Below are positions 11,064-18,891 of a stretch of DNA of 64,000 bases, one piece after another. The notes beneath the pieces were generated by a model. It did no database searches, was not told where the DNA came from, and saw nothing but the letters and a program-made list of their open reading frames with translations. Made by a program: the position numbers and the translations under genes. Every line of letters begins with the position of its first letter. Positions within the stretch are counted from its first letter, which is position 1. The stretch is from Candidatus Bathyarchaeota archaeon (GTDB lineage Archaea; Thermoproteota; Bathyarchaeia; Bathyarchaeales; Bathycorpusculaceae), in assembly GCA_963826715.1 (NCBI GenBank), contig CAWGYA010000005.1, forward strand, positions 64,001-128,000, written 5' to 3'.

Positions 11064-11801
11064 TGCTTGCTTCACCACCAATCCTGAGAGTTGATGGCTG
11101 GAGATTAAAGCATTATGAATGCAAGATTCAGCTTTCTTTAATCTTAAAAACTATCCTTTGCCGCAATTAAACTAGCTTGAATATAGCGTTACGCTTCATT
11201 GCTTTTGGTAGACTGTTTGTTAGCCCACCTTATCCATGCGTTGGAGCTTGCTTCTTCAGCGATATCAAGAAATGCGGTATCCCCTTTTTAATCGAGCCCT
11301 TGTTTATTATCATATATCCCTCTCTCGAGGTAATATCTCAATTGAGGGTTGTAAAGACTCTATGGAAATCAAAGCAACCCATAAGAGCACAGTAATCTGA
11401 GGTCACATGTGCGGAACTAATGTTTTGAAACGTTTCCAAAACATCTTTTCAATCCAACCATCCCACTTAAAACAAAACCAACCCAAAATCGCCTCTACCA
11501 ACATTACTTTAGGTTATTTTGCGCGCGCTCTTTAGGTACCCTTCCGAATTTATTCGGTAACTGGCTGGGATAGGCGAGATTAAAAAAGCTCTATCTAAAA
11601 AACTCATTAGTGGTTGTTATTTAGCGCTTTTTTATATAAAATGTGCGGCTTTTAAGCGCGCGCGATTGGTTCGAGTATTACTTTTAATGATGATTCCTTT
11701 GTTGGTTCGATTAGTATCCAGTAGGTGTACTATTAGTTGGGGGTATTACTATTCTTCCATCTATGGTGGCGTAGGTTAGAACGGTTTGTGATGAGCTATA
11801 G

Positions 11802-12008
11802 TTGTTGAATGCTAATAAGACTGCTCTGGGGATTTCGTTAACTGCGAAGGATTTTAGCGGAGCCACTGGAACAAGCAACAGTTTGACGTTGTTCCGGGGA
11901 TGGTTGTTCTGGAATATATTAGGCGGTTTGCTTGCACTGGTGGCCTGCTTTGCTGGCTTTATCGCTTTCAAGAAACGCGATATCATTCCAAGCTTCAAAC
12001 GCCCATAA
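11802..12008 (+). pseudogene. Decayed C-terminus of a second PEF-CTERM-like surface protein
   Basis: Tail LGGLLALVACFAGFIAFKKR resembles that of 10007-10564; an alternate frame just before it reads VVLEY; stops lie upstream. Confidence 0.45.
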
Positions 12009-12147
12009 CATAAAATCAAAATAAACTCAACCCATTTTCTTTTTCTTTCTTTTAATTTTAGCCAAAGTATAGCTGATGAATTAGCAAATCACCAAAAAAC
12101 CCTTCTGCCAAACATGGATAGCAGAAAAACTAGATGATTGATCAAAA

Positions 12148-12575
12148 ATGATTTTTCAGTCTAATCAATCCAAGTTTTCTAAAGGTATGCGTCTCATACT
12201 ATTAGCTGCAAGCATTCTTGTTTTGGCAGCAGGACTTGACCTAACACTTCTAACAGAGCAGACTACCACAAGTTTTGCTTGGACCATACAGTCTTCAATA
12301 ACAGCCAGCCTTCCTCGGTGCGGGTTACCTCGCCAGCTTCTTCTTAGAATTTCTCGCCTATAGGCAAAAGTCATGGACAAACGCCAGGGTTGCTGTACCT
12401 TCAGTTTTCCTATTTACAACTCTGACCTTGGTTGCAACTTTATTGTACTTCGATAAATTTCACTTCAACAGTTCAATACCCTCAGCAATGGGTGTCGCCT
12501 ACCTTTGGCTAGCCATTTACATCGCTGTTCCAATTGCCATGTTAATCCTTCTCATCCACCAAATTAGACTACAAG
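12148..12575 (+). pseudogene. Membrane protein, frameshifted (~12305) and 3'-truncated
   Basis: FAWTIQSSITA joins AFLGAGYLASFFLEF..RVAVPSVFLFTTLTLVATLLYFDKFHF..LWLAIY in the next frame; hydrophobic sense ends near 12575. Confidence 0.7.
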
Positions 12576-13124
12576 ATTGCCTGCAGCTATTACGATGCAG
12601 TCACAAGCGGGATTCTTTGGAAAATCCGCAAAAACCACGACCCATCTTACCTAAAATTCAGTCTAGAAATAATTCGCAAGCACAGCGATGAATTCATGTA
12701 TTGGGGAGCCAAACACGTTGACTTTAGCTATGTGGAAAACAAAAAAGCCATGGCAACAGTCTGCTGGTTAGGACAGCTGTTTCTTCATTATGAGGAACCC
12801 AAAACACTATTTGCTAAGATACTAAAAAGCCACGGCGAAACCGTCACACTTTATCCAATCTGGGAAACTGCTGCAACCGTAACCTACGGAGAATCAATTG
12901 AGGTGATGGCTGTTGTTTCCCATCTAAAAGCTGAACAAGTGATGATAGAGGCCGGATACTACCTAAACGATTACCTTGCGCTGTACTCGTTTCTCCCCAT
13001 TCGAGTACATGACAAGATCAAACGACACGGCCAAGACTATGAAGTCCAGACTGTTACACCCTTCACTTTTGGCAATAAACGGATTTACTTCAAAAGTACG
13101 GCTAGGAGGTTACTTGCAAATTGA
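12576..13124 (+). CDS. 5'-truncated virion gene ending in a head-closure-like domain
   Basis: Frame is open upstream of ATG 12696 (ACSYYDAVTSGILWKIRK..FMYWG) back to a stop at 12543 with no start codon. C-terminus GETVTLY..DKIKRHGQDYEVQTV is typical of head-closure proteins. Confidence 0.55.
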   Translation: MACSYYDAVTSGILWKIRKNHDPSYLKFSLEIIRKHSDEFMYWGAKHVDFSYVENKKAMATVCWLGQLFLHYEEPKTLFAKILKSHGETVTLYPIWETAATVTYGESIEVMAVVSHLKAEQVMIEAGYYLNDYLALYSFLPIRVHDKIKRHGQDYEVQTVTPFTFGNKRIYFKSTARRLLAN

Positions 13125-14137
13125 GCGAACTGGAGAATCCTGTCGTTACCATTCTGCGTTTAATTGACTCTCGTCTCAGAACAGTCAAAGACGACGGAGG
13201 CTTAGCCCGCGTTTTATGCTCTCAAGCCAACTACGATAACGAATTGCTCAAAGACTACGACGCCCAAATTACCGTTTCCAAAACCTCTGACCCATGTCAA
13301 CAACAAAAACACACCCTGGATGGACGACTGAGGCGCCGCATGTATTCTCTTCGGGCAACTATAACAACTGTAGATAAACTCACTTCAGGTTCTGATGTGG
13401 GCAGAGTCATGCGAGACAAAGTTCTTGAGCAGTTGCTCTTGATTATTCCAGAGAACCGCAACCTGCCAAATAGAACCGTTTTCTATTTTTATTCTCTATA
13501 TGATACTTCTATAACCCACAAAGCCTACGACACTGCCACTATAGCTAAACCAGATCCCTCAAGCGCCCTTTGGGGTGAACTAAATAATACCCAGTATCCC
13601 AAGCTTTGGACAAGCGACGATAATAGACACTCTAAAAGCGCAACTGGACTTAACGAATACGCTTTCATGCTTTTCCGCTTCAAAATAGCATCCAAGCCCG
13701 GAGAGACACGCAATGAGCCTCGCAAACAATGCCTAAAGCAAGTTGTGTTATCCTTTGAGGGCCATGGAACTGCTCCTACTGGAAACGGAGTGACTCTACA
13801 AGTTTGGGATAATACTGCAGGGTCTTGGAGCAATCCTCAAACTGATCTTGGCGCAACAGACGAAACTCTTACCCTCAATTTAACCTCAAACCTTGCGAAC
13901 TATGTTAACCAAGACGGATTTCTCTACCTGATGGCAATGACAACCAATCCATCAGACGGGCTCTCATCTGCAATCCTATTCTGCGATTTCATCCAAGTTA
14001 CAGTCGATGTGAGCGGCATAACCTTCTGCGATATCCACAGCTACCGAGACGTCGACATCGTCGATGTCAAGCCTTTCCTCTACAAAGAAGAAATCCAACT
14101 CGTGGCCTGGCTCTTCGAGTCAGTAGCCATATCATAG
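13121..14137 (+). CDS. Putative tail completion/terminator protein with inserted beta-sandwich
   Basis: Lies between the head-closure-like gene and tail tube; TTGA overlap; beta-rich central insert (VTLQVWDNTAGSW). Confidence 0.45.
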   Translation: MSELENPVVTILRLIDSRLRTVKDDGGLARVLCSQANYDNELLKDYDAQITVSKTSDPCQQQKHTLDGRLRRRMYSLRATITTVDKLTSGSDVGRVMRDKVLEQLLLIIPENRNLPNRTVFYFYSLYDTSITHKAYDTATIAKPDPSSALWGELNNTQYPKLWTSDDNRHSKSATGLNEYAFMLFRFKIASKPGETRNEPRKQCLKQVVLSFEGHGTAPTGNGVTLQVWDNTAGSWSNPQTDLGATDETLTLNLTSNLANYVNQDGFLYLMAMTTNPSDGLSSAILFCDFIQVTVDVSGITFCDIHSYRDVDIVDVKPFLYKEEIQLVAWLFESVAIS

Positions 14138-14149
14138 GTGAAACCAAAA

Positions 14150-15013
14150 ATGGTTGATACATACCACAGCAACCAAGAAAAATTCTACTACATAACCGAA
14201 GCCTCTTTCGGAATTGTCCCAGAGACTCCTGCAATGCTTGGTCAATCCTGCAGCAACATAGACCCCGACATAAACCCAAACAACATACGGGTTCCTGGAA
14301 CAGGATCAATAGATCTCATTGCACTCAAGCGAGGCTTACGACAGCCAAGTTTACGCATCAAATACCCAATTCCTTCAGACGCACCCATTAATTTATTGCA
14401 GCACGCTAAACAAGAGCTAAACAACAGTCTAACCCTCCAAATAATCTACTACAAAGACATTTTCGCCACAGCAGACAGCATCATCAGTCTTCTCTTCAAA
14501 GGTGCTCGCCTCAACAAGACAACCCTAACATGTGACATAGACGGCCTTTTGGAATGCGAAGCAGAATTTCCAGCCCAAGACGTTGAGGTAACCACCGCTA
14601 AAATCGCAAACGCAACCTACACCGATTATGCAGGCGCAGTCTCAGGTATTGAAAGCTATGTCAAAATCGGCGGTGTGCCATGTGAACGGGTTACCTCTTG
14701 GAAACTTTCAATTGATAATTCTTGCAAAGCTGTGCCAGTAGTCCGATCAGCTAATGGGCATTTAGCTAAGTACCTGCCCTGGGGTAAACGGCTGCTGACT
14801 GGCGAGCTCAACTTTGAGTTTGAAAGCAAACAAGAAATCGACGATATCTTCGCAGATACCGAGCAGTCCAGTTTAGAGTTTGGGCTTGGCGGCGGCAACA
14901 AAGTTAGCATAGAGCATGTCAAATGGGACGATTTTAGTTTAAGCGGTAAAGCGGAGGACCTAATCTATGCTAAGGTGCCCTTCACGGCTCGGGGGACGCT
15001 TACAATTTCATAG
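14150..15013 (+). CDS. Phage tail tube (major tail) protein, siphovirus type
   Basis: YITEASFGIVP start, VTSWKLSIDN, GKRLLTGELNFEF, VPFTA end; AGGTG RBS before ATG 14150; followed by chaperone and tape measure. Confidence 0.8.
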   Translation: MVDTYHSNQEKFYYITEASFGIVPETPAMLGQSCSNIDPDINPNNIRVPGTGSIDLIALKRGLRQPSLRIKYPIPSDAPINLLQHAKQELNNSLTLQIIYYKDIFATADSIISLLFKGARLNKTTLTCDIDGLLECEAEFPAQDVEVTTAKIANATYTDYAGAVSGIESYVKIGGVPCERVTSWKLSIDNSCKAVPVVRSANGHLAKYLPWGKRLLTGELNFEFESKQEIDDIFADTEQSSLEFGLGGGNKVSIEHVKWDDFSLSGKAEDLIYAKVPFTARGTLTIS

Positions 15014-15024
15014 GAGCACTCATA

Positions 15025-15210
15025 ATGACATCTGGAAAAATGAAAGTTTGGTATCTTGCTGGAGCATTAATGAATCGTTTCTATAAACGCATCAGCGCAC
15101 TGCCTGAAAACTTTCAGGAGGCACTATTCGCTGAATTGGAAAGTGCCATGGAAAATCATCTCGAAGTTCTGGAGAAAGTTACCGATGAAGCAAAAAATCG
15201 TAGATATTGA
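15025..15210 (+). CDS. Small helical hypothetical protein in the tail operon
   Basis: 61 aa ORF with GGAG RBS. Confidence 0.55.
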   Translation: MTSGKMKVWYLAGALMNRFYKRISALPENFQEALFAELESAMENHLEVLEKVTDEAKNRRY

Positions 15211-15649
15211 CAATCGATTCGGCGAGGACTACCAGGGTAAATACATCTTCAAAGAGATCACCTGGGCTAAACGCAACCGCATAATCCAAAAACACACCAA
15301 ATACAGCAAACTCTCTGGAGACGTCGAAAACAGCGACTTCATAAGAATTCAAGCGGAGACCATAATCGCCAGCATGCATAGCCAACCAGCAACTAAACCC
15401 ATTACACTTGAGAAACTTATGGGAGAAGACGACGGAATCCCCATAGAGCTTGGAGAAATCTTCTCTAAAGTAGTTAACAGCCTAAATAGCATGGGACACG
15501 AAGATTTGCGTTTTTTACTAGAGCAATTAGACGAGGAAAACCGCATAGCGCTCTTGTCGAGTTTAGGCTATGTCAAAATTTCGGCTGGACCCCAACAGAA
15601 CTCGCCAAGCAACCAGCCAGAACAATCCAGGAGTTCTGTCATATCCTAA
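15185..15649 (+). CDS. Tail assembly chaperone (gpG-like)
   Basis: Follows the tail tube and contains the slippery heptamer T TTT TTA at 15511-15517. Confidence 0.7.
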   Translation: MKQKIVDIDNRFGEDYQGKYIFKEITWAKRNRIIQKHTKYSKLSGDVENSDFIRIQAETIIASMHSQPATKPITLEKLMGEDDGIPIELGEIFSKVVNSLNSMGHEDLRFLLEQLDEENRIALLSSLGYVKISAGPQQNSPSNQPEQSRSSVIS

Positions 15650-15714
15650 AGGTGATGGATGAGCTGGCTGAGGAAGAAAAGCAAAAGGCGGAGCGTGAAG
15701 CACGACGGCGATAG
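15511..15714 (+). CDS. -1 frame extension of the tail chaperone (gpGT-like)
   Basis: -1 frame is open from the heptamer: FFTRAIRRGKPHSALVEFRLCQNFGWTPTELAKQPARTIQEFCHILKVMDELAEEEKQKAEREARRR*; no early start codon; GWTPxEL motif. Confidence 0.75.
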   Translation, partial: FFTRAIRRGKPHSALVEFRLCQNFGWTPTELAKQPARTIQEFCHILKVMDELAEEEKQKAEREARRR

Positions 15715-15737
15715 AAATAACCTTTGACATTGATGGT

Positions 15738-16073
15738 ATGGAAGAATTCAAGGAAGCTATGCAAAGGATAGATTCAGGTATACAAAGCCAAGTTCACTGT
15801 TTTTTGGCTAGATGGGCTGCCGACGTTAAAGCAGAAGCTATGCGCACAGTTCCAGTTCGAACAGGTTATCTTCAAAGCACAATATATGCAAAAGTTCACG
15901 AATGGATAATTAACATCGGAGCAGATGCTACATATGCCTTGTTTGTTGAATTAGGCACAAAATACATGCAAGCTCATCCCTATCTTTACCCCGCTATCCA
16001 AAAATATCTTCCACAACTCGAATCAGATGTTATCGCTGCTATTGAGCAGGCGAAAGTGGAGGCTGGGCTTTGA
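15738..16073 (+). CDS. HK97 gp10-like tail completion protein
   Basis: VPVRTGYLQSTI..YALFVELGTKYMQAHPYLYPA signature; frame is open back to 15699. Confidence 0.9.
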   Translation: MEEFKEAMQRIDSGIQSQVHCFLARWAADVKAEAMRTVPVRTGYLQSTIYAKVHEWIINIGADATYALFVELGTKYMQAHPYLYPAIQKYLPQLESDVIAAIEQAKVEAGL

Positions 16074-16651
16074 GTTTTCGAGAAATCGCCCTAACCATTA
16101 GAGCTGTGAATAGAGCCAGCAATGAGTTTTCCAGAATCCAAACAGACGCTGAAGCCTTAGCCTCACGGGTCAAAAGCTTAGGATCTACACTAGCCGGGTT
16201 AGGCGCAACTGGAACCGCTATTGGCTATGTCGCTAACCAATTTGGTTTGCTAAACGATTCCGAAATGAAAGTTTTCAACTCTTCAATGATGGTTGTTTCA
16301 GTCATGGGCATGTTTCTGAGAACAAGCACGGGTTTAGCTGTGGCTCAAAAGGTCTATTCTGCGGCTTGCTGGGTAGCAACTGCTTCTCAGAATGCCCTAA
16401 ACATTAGTTACGGAACCTTTCTCGCTCTAACAGGGGTTGGGATTGCTGTTATTGTCTCAGCTGCCGCTGCTATGGCCTATTTTGCAAGCAGTATGAATAA
16501 TGCAACTGCCAGTGTCCAGAGCTTTAACAGTGTCGCTATCCAGGCACCTATTCGCACAAGTAGTATCCAAAGGGCAGGTGAATCCGCCGTTACCGGTTCT
16601 CGAGGCGGCAATTCTTCTGATGCTTCGTTTTACAGGAGGGGCGTGGAGTAA
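16070..16651 (+). CDS. Very short tape-measure-like protein (193 aa)
   Basis: IALTIRAVNRAS N-terminus typical of TMPs; Ala/Gly-rich amphipathic segments; ALTGVGIAVIV motif; position after the chaperones. Confidence 0.65.
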   Translation: MSFREIALTIRAVNRASNEFSRIQTDAEALASRVKSLGSTLAGLGATGTAIGYVANQFGLLNDSEMKVFNSSMMVVSVMGMFLRTSTGLAVAQKVYSAACWVATASQNALNISYGTFLALTGVGIAVIVSAAAAMAYFASSMNNATASVQSFNSVAIQAPIRTSSIQRAGESAVTGSRGGNSSDASFYRRGVE

Positions 16652-18243
16652 TGAGTATAACCCCCCCGATCTTGTCTGTTGCTTTGGGCTCAGTTGGGAT
16701 TTCTCAAGCTGATGTTTTAGAAGCTTTAATTCATCTTGGCGCTACTAAAGAAGTTAGCAGTTGGGGAATTCGCCTGCAAAATTGGGATGGAAAATACAGC
16801 CCAAACGGAACCCACCCGCTCAATGTGGGTCAAGACGGCTACATACGCATTGGCAGAGGCACAAATGTACCCCAAATTATCACTACAAGAACTGAGAGTG
16901 TCAAGTTTCAATCCAGCCCAACCGAACATTACGCCACTGTGTCTGGGCGCTGCTGGGGCGAGAAACTTTTCAGACAAAAGGTCACCAAAGACTACTCAGG
17001 TTTCAAAGGCGAAGATATTGTCAAGGACCTCTTGGATTACTACTCAGGCATAAGCCATGTTCGAGGCACCACAGAGTTAGTCGAAGACACAGACACAACC
17101 TTCACTGACCTAAAACTGCAAGACACCCAAGTTTGGGATATCCTTCAAAAAATCGCCTCTGAGAGCGACAAAAACGGTGTATTGGGCTATGACTTCCGCA
17201 CTACTCCCGATGGCAAGTTCGAGTTCTTTCCAAGAGGCAGCAAAACAAGCCCAATTAGCCTAGCCGAGAAGATCGAAGACTACGAGTATTGCCGAGAAAT
17301 AGTGGCTGTACGAAATAAAGTTACGATCTATGGCGCCGCAGATAAAAGTAACCCGATTGACAAGGACCAAAGTGTTGAGAGTTTGACTCCTGCCTGCGGG
17401 GGCTGGTCTGCCTACATGGGCACATTATCAACTGATGCCACCAAAACCTTCGGAACAGCAACAAGCAGCATAAAGAACGCAACCGGCGCCAACTATGCGG
17501 GCTCAAGTCTCTTCACCCTCAATTCACCAACCAACCTCAACATCTACCCCAAACTTGTTTTGGCGCTGATACGTGATGCCGCAATCAATCCCAGTGGTTT
17601 TGATGTTCTACTGTATGATTCATCTGGAAGGGGCGCTATGCTGGCTTTGCCGAATGTAAGTGAGAATGAGTGGTCTATTTTTTCTCCTAATGTCGGCGAA
17701 GCTTATGCTGGTGAGTGGAATGTTTCTTCAGATTTTAATTGGTCGAGTGTTGTGGGTGTTAGAGTTAATGGTTGGCTTGTTTCACCATCGGTGCCTGGCA
17801 ACATCTGGATGGGGCAACTATACTTCACAGGAGCAAGATATGGCAACATTCAGCAAGATGCGGCTAGCCAAGCAGTCTATGATCTTCGAGAGTTCTTAGA
17901 CATAAACGAGGAACTCTGGAGTGATAACGAGTGCATGCTACACGCAAAGGCAATTCTCGCAAACATGAAGGATCCATCTGATTATATCACGCTAAAAAGC
18001 ACAGTCATTGATTATGGAAATACGCCTCTTTTTGCTGCCGACACGATAGAAGTAGTTCTTCCAAACGAAAACATCAACGGCGACTTCCGCATTCTCAGTG
18101 CCGAATACCACCTTAAGGCTGAGGCTGGCGACTTAGAAATCACCTTGGAGCTTGGACGGGAAAAGACAATGCTCGCGGATTACGTGTACACGCTGCGATC
18201 TAAGGTCGATCGCGTTAATCGGTACAAAATTGCGAGGGTATGA
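16651..18243 (+). CDS. Baseplate hub / tail-tip protein with inserted carbohydrate-binding-like domain
   Basis: GEDIVKDLLD, WDILQKIA, YDFRTTPDGKFEF, VRNKVTIYG, then insert, then DTIEV..FRILSAEY..ITLELG. Confidence 0.7.
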   Translation: MSITPPILSVALGSVGISQADVLEALIHLGATKEVSSWGIRLQNWDGKYSPNGTHPLNVGQDGYIRIGRGTNVPQIITTRTESVKFQSSPTEHYATVSGRCWGEKLFRQKVTKDYSGFKGEDIVKDLLDYYSGISHVRGTTELVEDTDTTFTDLKLQDTQVWDILQKIASESDKNGVLGYDFRTTPDGKFEFFPRGSKTSPISLAEKIEDYEYCREIVAVRNKVTIYGAADKSNPIDKDQSVESLTPACGGWSAYMGTLSTDATKTFGTATSSIKNATGANYAGSSLFTLNSPTNLNIYPKLVLALIRDAAINPSGFDVLLYDSSGRGAMLALPNVSENEWSIFSPNVGEAYAGEWNVSSDFNWSSVVGVRVNGWLVSPSVPGNIWMGQLYFTGARYGNIQQDAASQAVYDLREFLDINEELWSDNECMLHAKAILANMKDPSDYITLKSTVIDYGNTPLFAADTIEVVLPNENINGDFRILSAEYHLKAEAGDLEITLELGREKTMLADYVYTLRSKVDRVNRYKIARV

Positions 18244-18247
18244 CAAA

Positions 18248-18661
18248 ATGAAAACAACTTTAAAAAAATCTATTGAAGATTTAAGTCCAGGGGACTTAAT
18301 ATGCTGCAGCTGGTGCGACGCCTCGGTAGGCAAAAGCAGTGGCTCAGGCATGGCAATTGATGTTCCAGTAAAAAGCTGGGGGGTCTACGTAGGTCTAATC
18401 GGTGAAAAGGTTAAACATATTGTGTTAGCACAAAACAGCTTTCGCTACGCTGACAGCTTATTCGATTTAGACTACACGGCAATTCCTCTTAGCTGGGCAG
18501 TCGAAATCTCAATGCTGGCCAAAGAGCACATCCCCAAAGATTCAGCTAGCAAACTCGTAAATAGCTTCATGATGGGTGGACACCGAGCACTAAGCCGCCC
18601 AAAAATTTCCAGAGCCACCCATTTTCAGCAGAGGCTAAGCATTAATGGCAGACCCAATTAA
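18248..18661 (+). CDS. Phage-type hypothetical protein (WxDA..SxG..IP pattern)
   Basis: GDLICCSWCDAS..VKSWGVYVG..IVLAQN..AIPLSW; ATG 18248 just after the hub stop. Confidence 0.55.
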   Translation: MKTTLKKSIEDLSPGDLICCSWCDASVGKSSGSGMAIDVPVKSWGVYVGLIGEKVKHIVLAQNSFRYADSLFDLDYTAIPLSWAVEISMLAKEHIPKDSASKLVNSFMMGGHRALSRPKISRATHFQQRLSINGRPN

Positions 18662-18887
18662 ACGCGCTTTAACCAGAAGGCGTATGCAAAGAGGGCACCT
18701 CGTAGTTGAGGAACCAAACGAGAAGCTTGTGCTAGGCGTTAAATTCTCAATTATCATGACAGGATTCATGTCAACTCTTGAGATAGCTCACATTCTCATC
18801 TTACACACGTGGAATCCAGAAATATTCGCATCCATTACCGGTCTAAGTGGTACTGTTATAGGCTTATTTGTGGGACAGAAAACATAG
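18645..18887 (+). CDS. Small 2-TM holin-like protein
   Basis: 80 aa, basic N-terminus, two TMs, last gene of the tail operon. Confidence 0.45.
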   Translation: MADPIKRALTRRRMQRGHLVVEEPNEKLVLGVKFSIIMTGFMSTLEIAHILILHTWNPEIFASITGLSGTVIGLFVGQKT

Positions 18888-18891
18888 CATT

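Larger units (their letters stand above)
12576..18887 (+). mobile_element. Headless siphovirus-like tail module (provirus remnant or domesticated element)
   Basis: Co-oriented overlapping/abutting genes in tail-gene order; no capsid, portal, integrase or replication gene in the window. Confidence 0.8.

Noticed and set aside
11177-11395. 72 aa ORF, and similarly 34523-34777 and 34963-35238
   Set aside because: No motifs; the last is antisense to the better-supported zinc-ribbon gene.
11480-11670. GCGCGCGC palindromes and a weak inverted repeat as possible element ends
   Set aside because: Too short and imperfect; no target-site duplication or partner copy found.
13121-18243. Contractile injection system or R-type tailocin
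   Set aside because: No sheath, baseplate wedge or PAAR genes; gp10-like and G/GT genes indicate a non-contractile tail.
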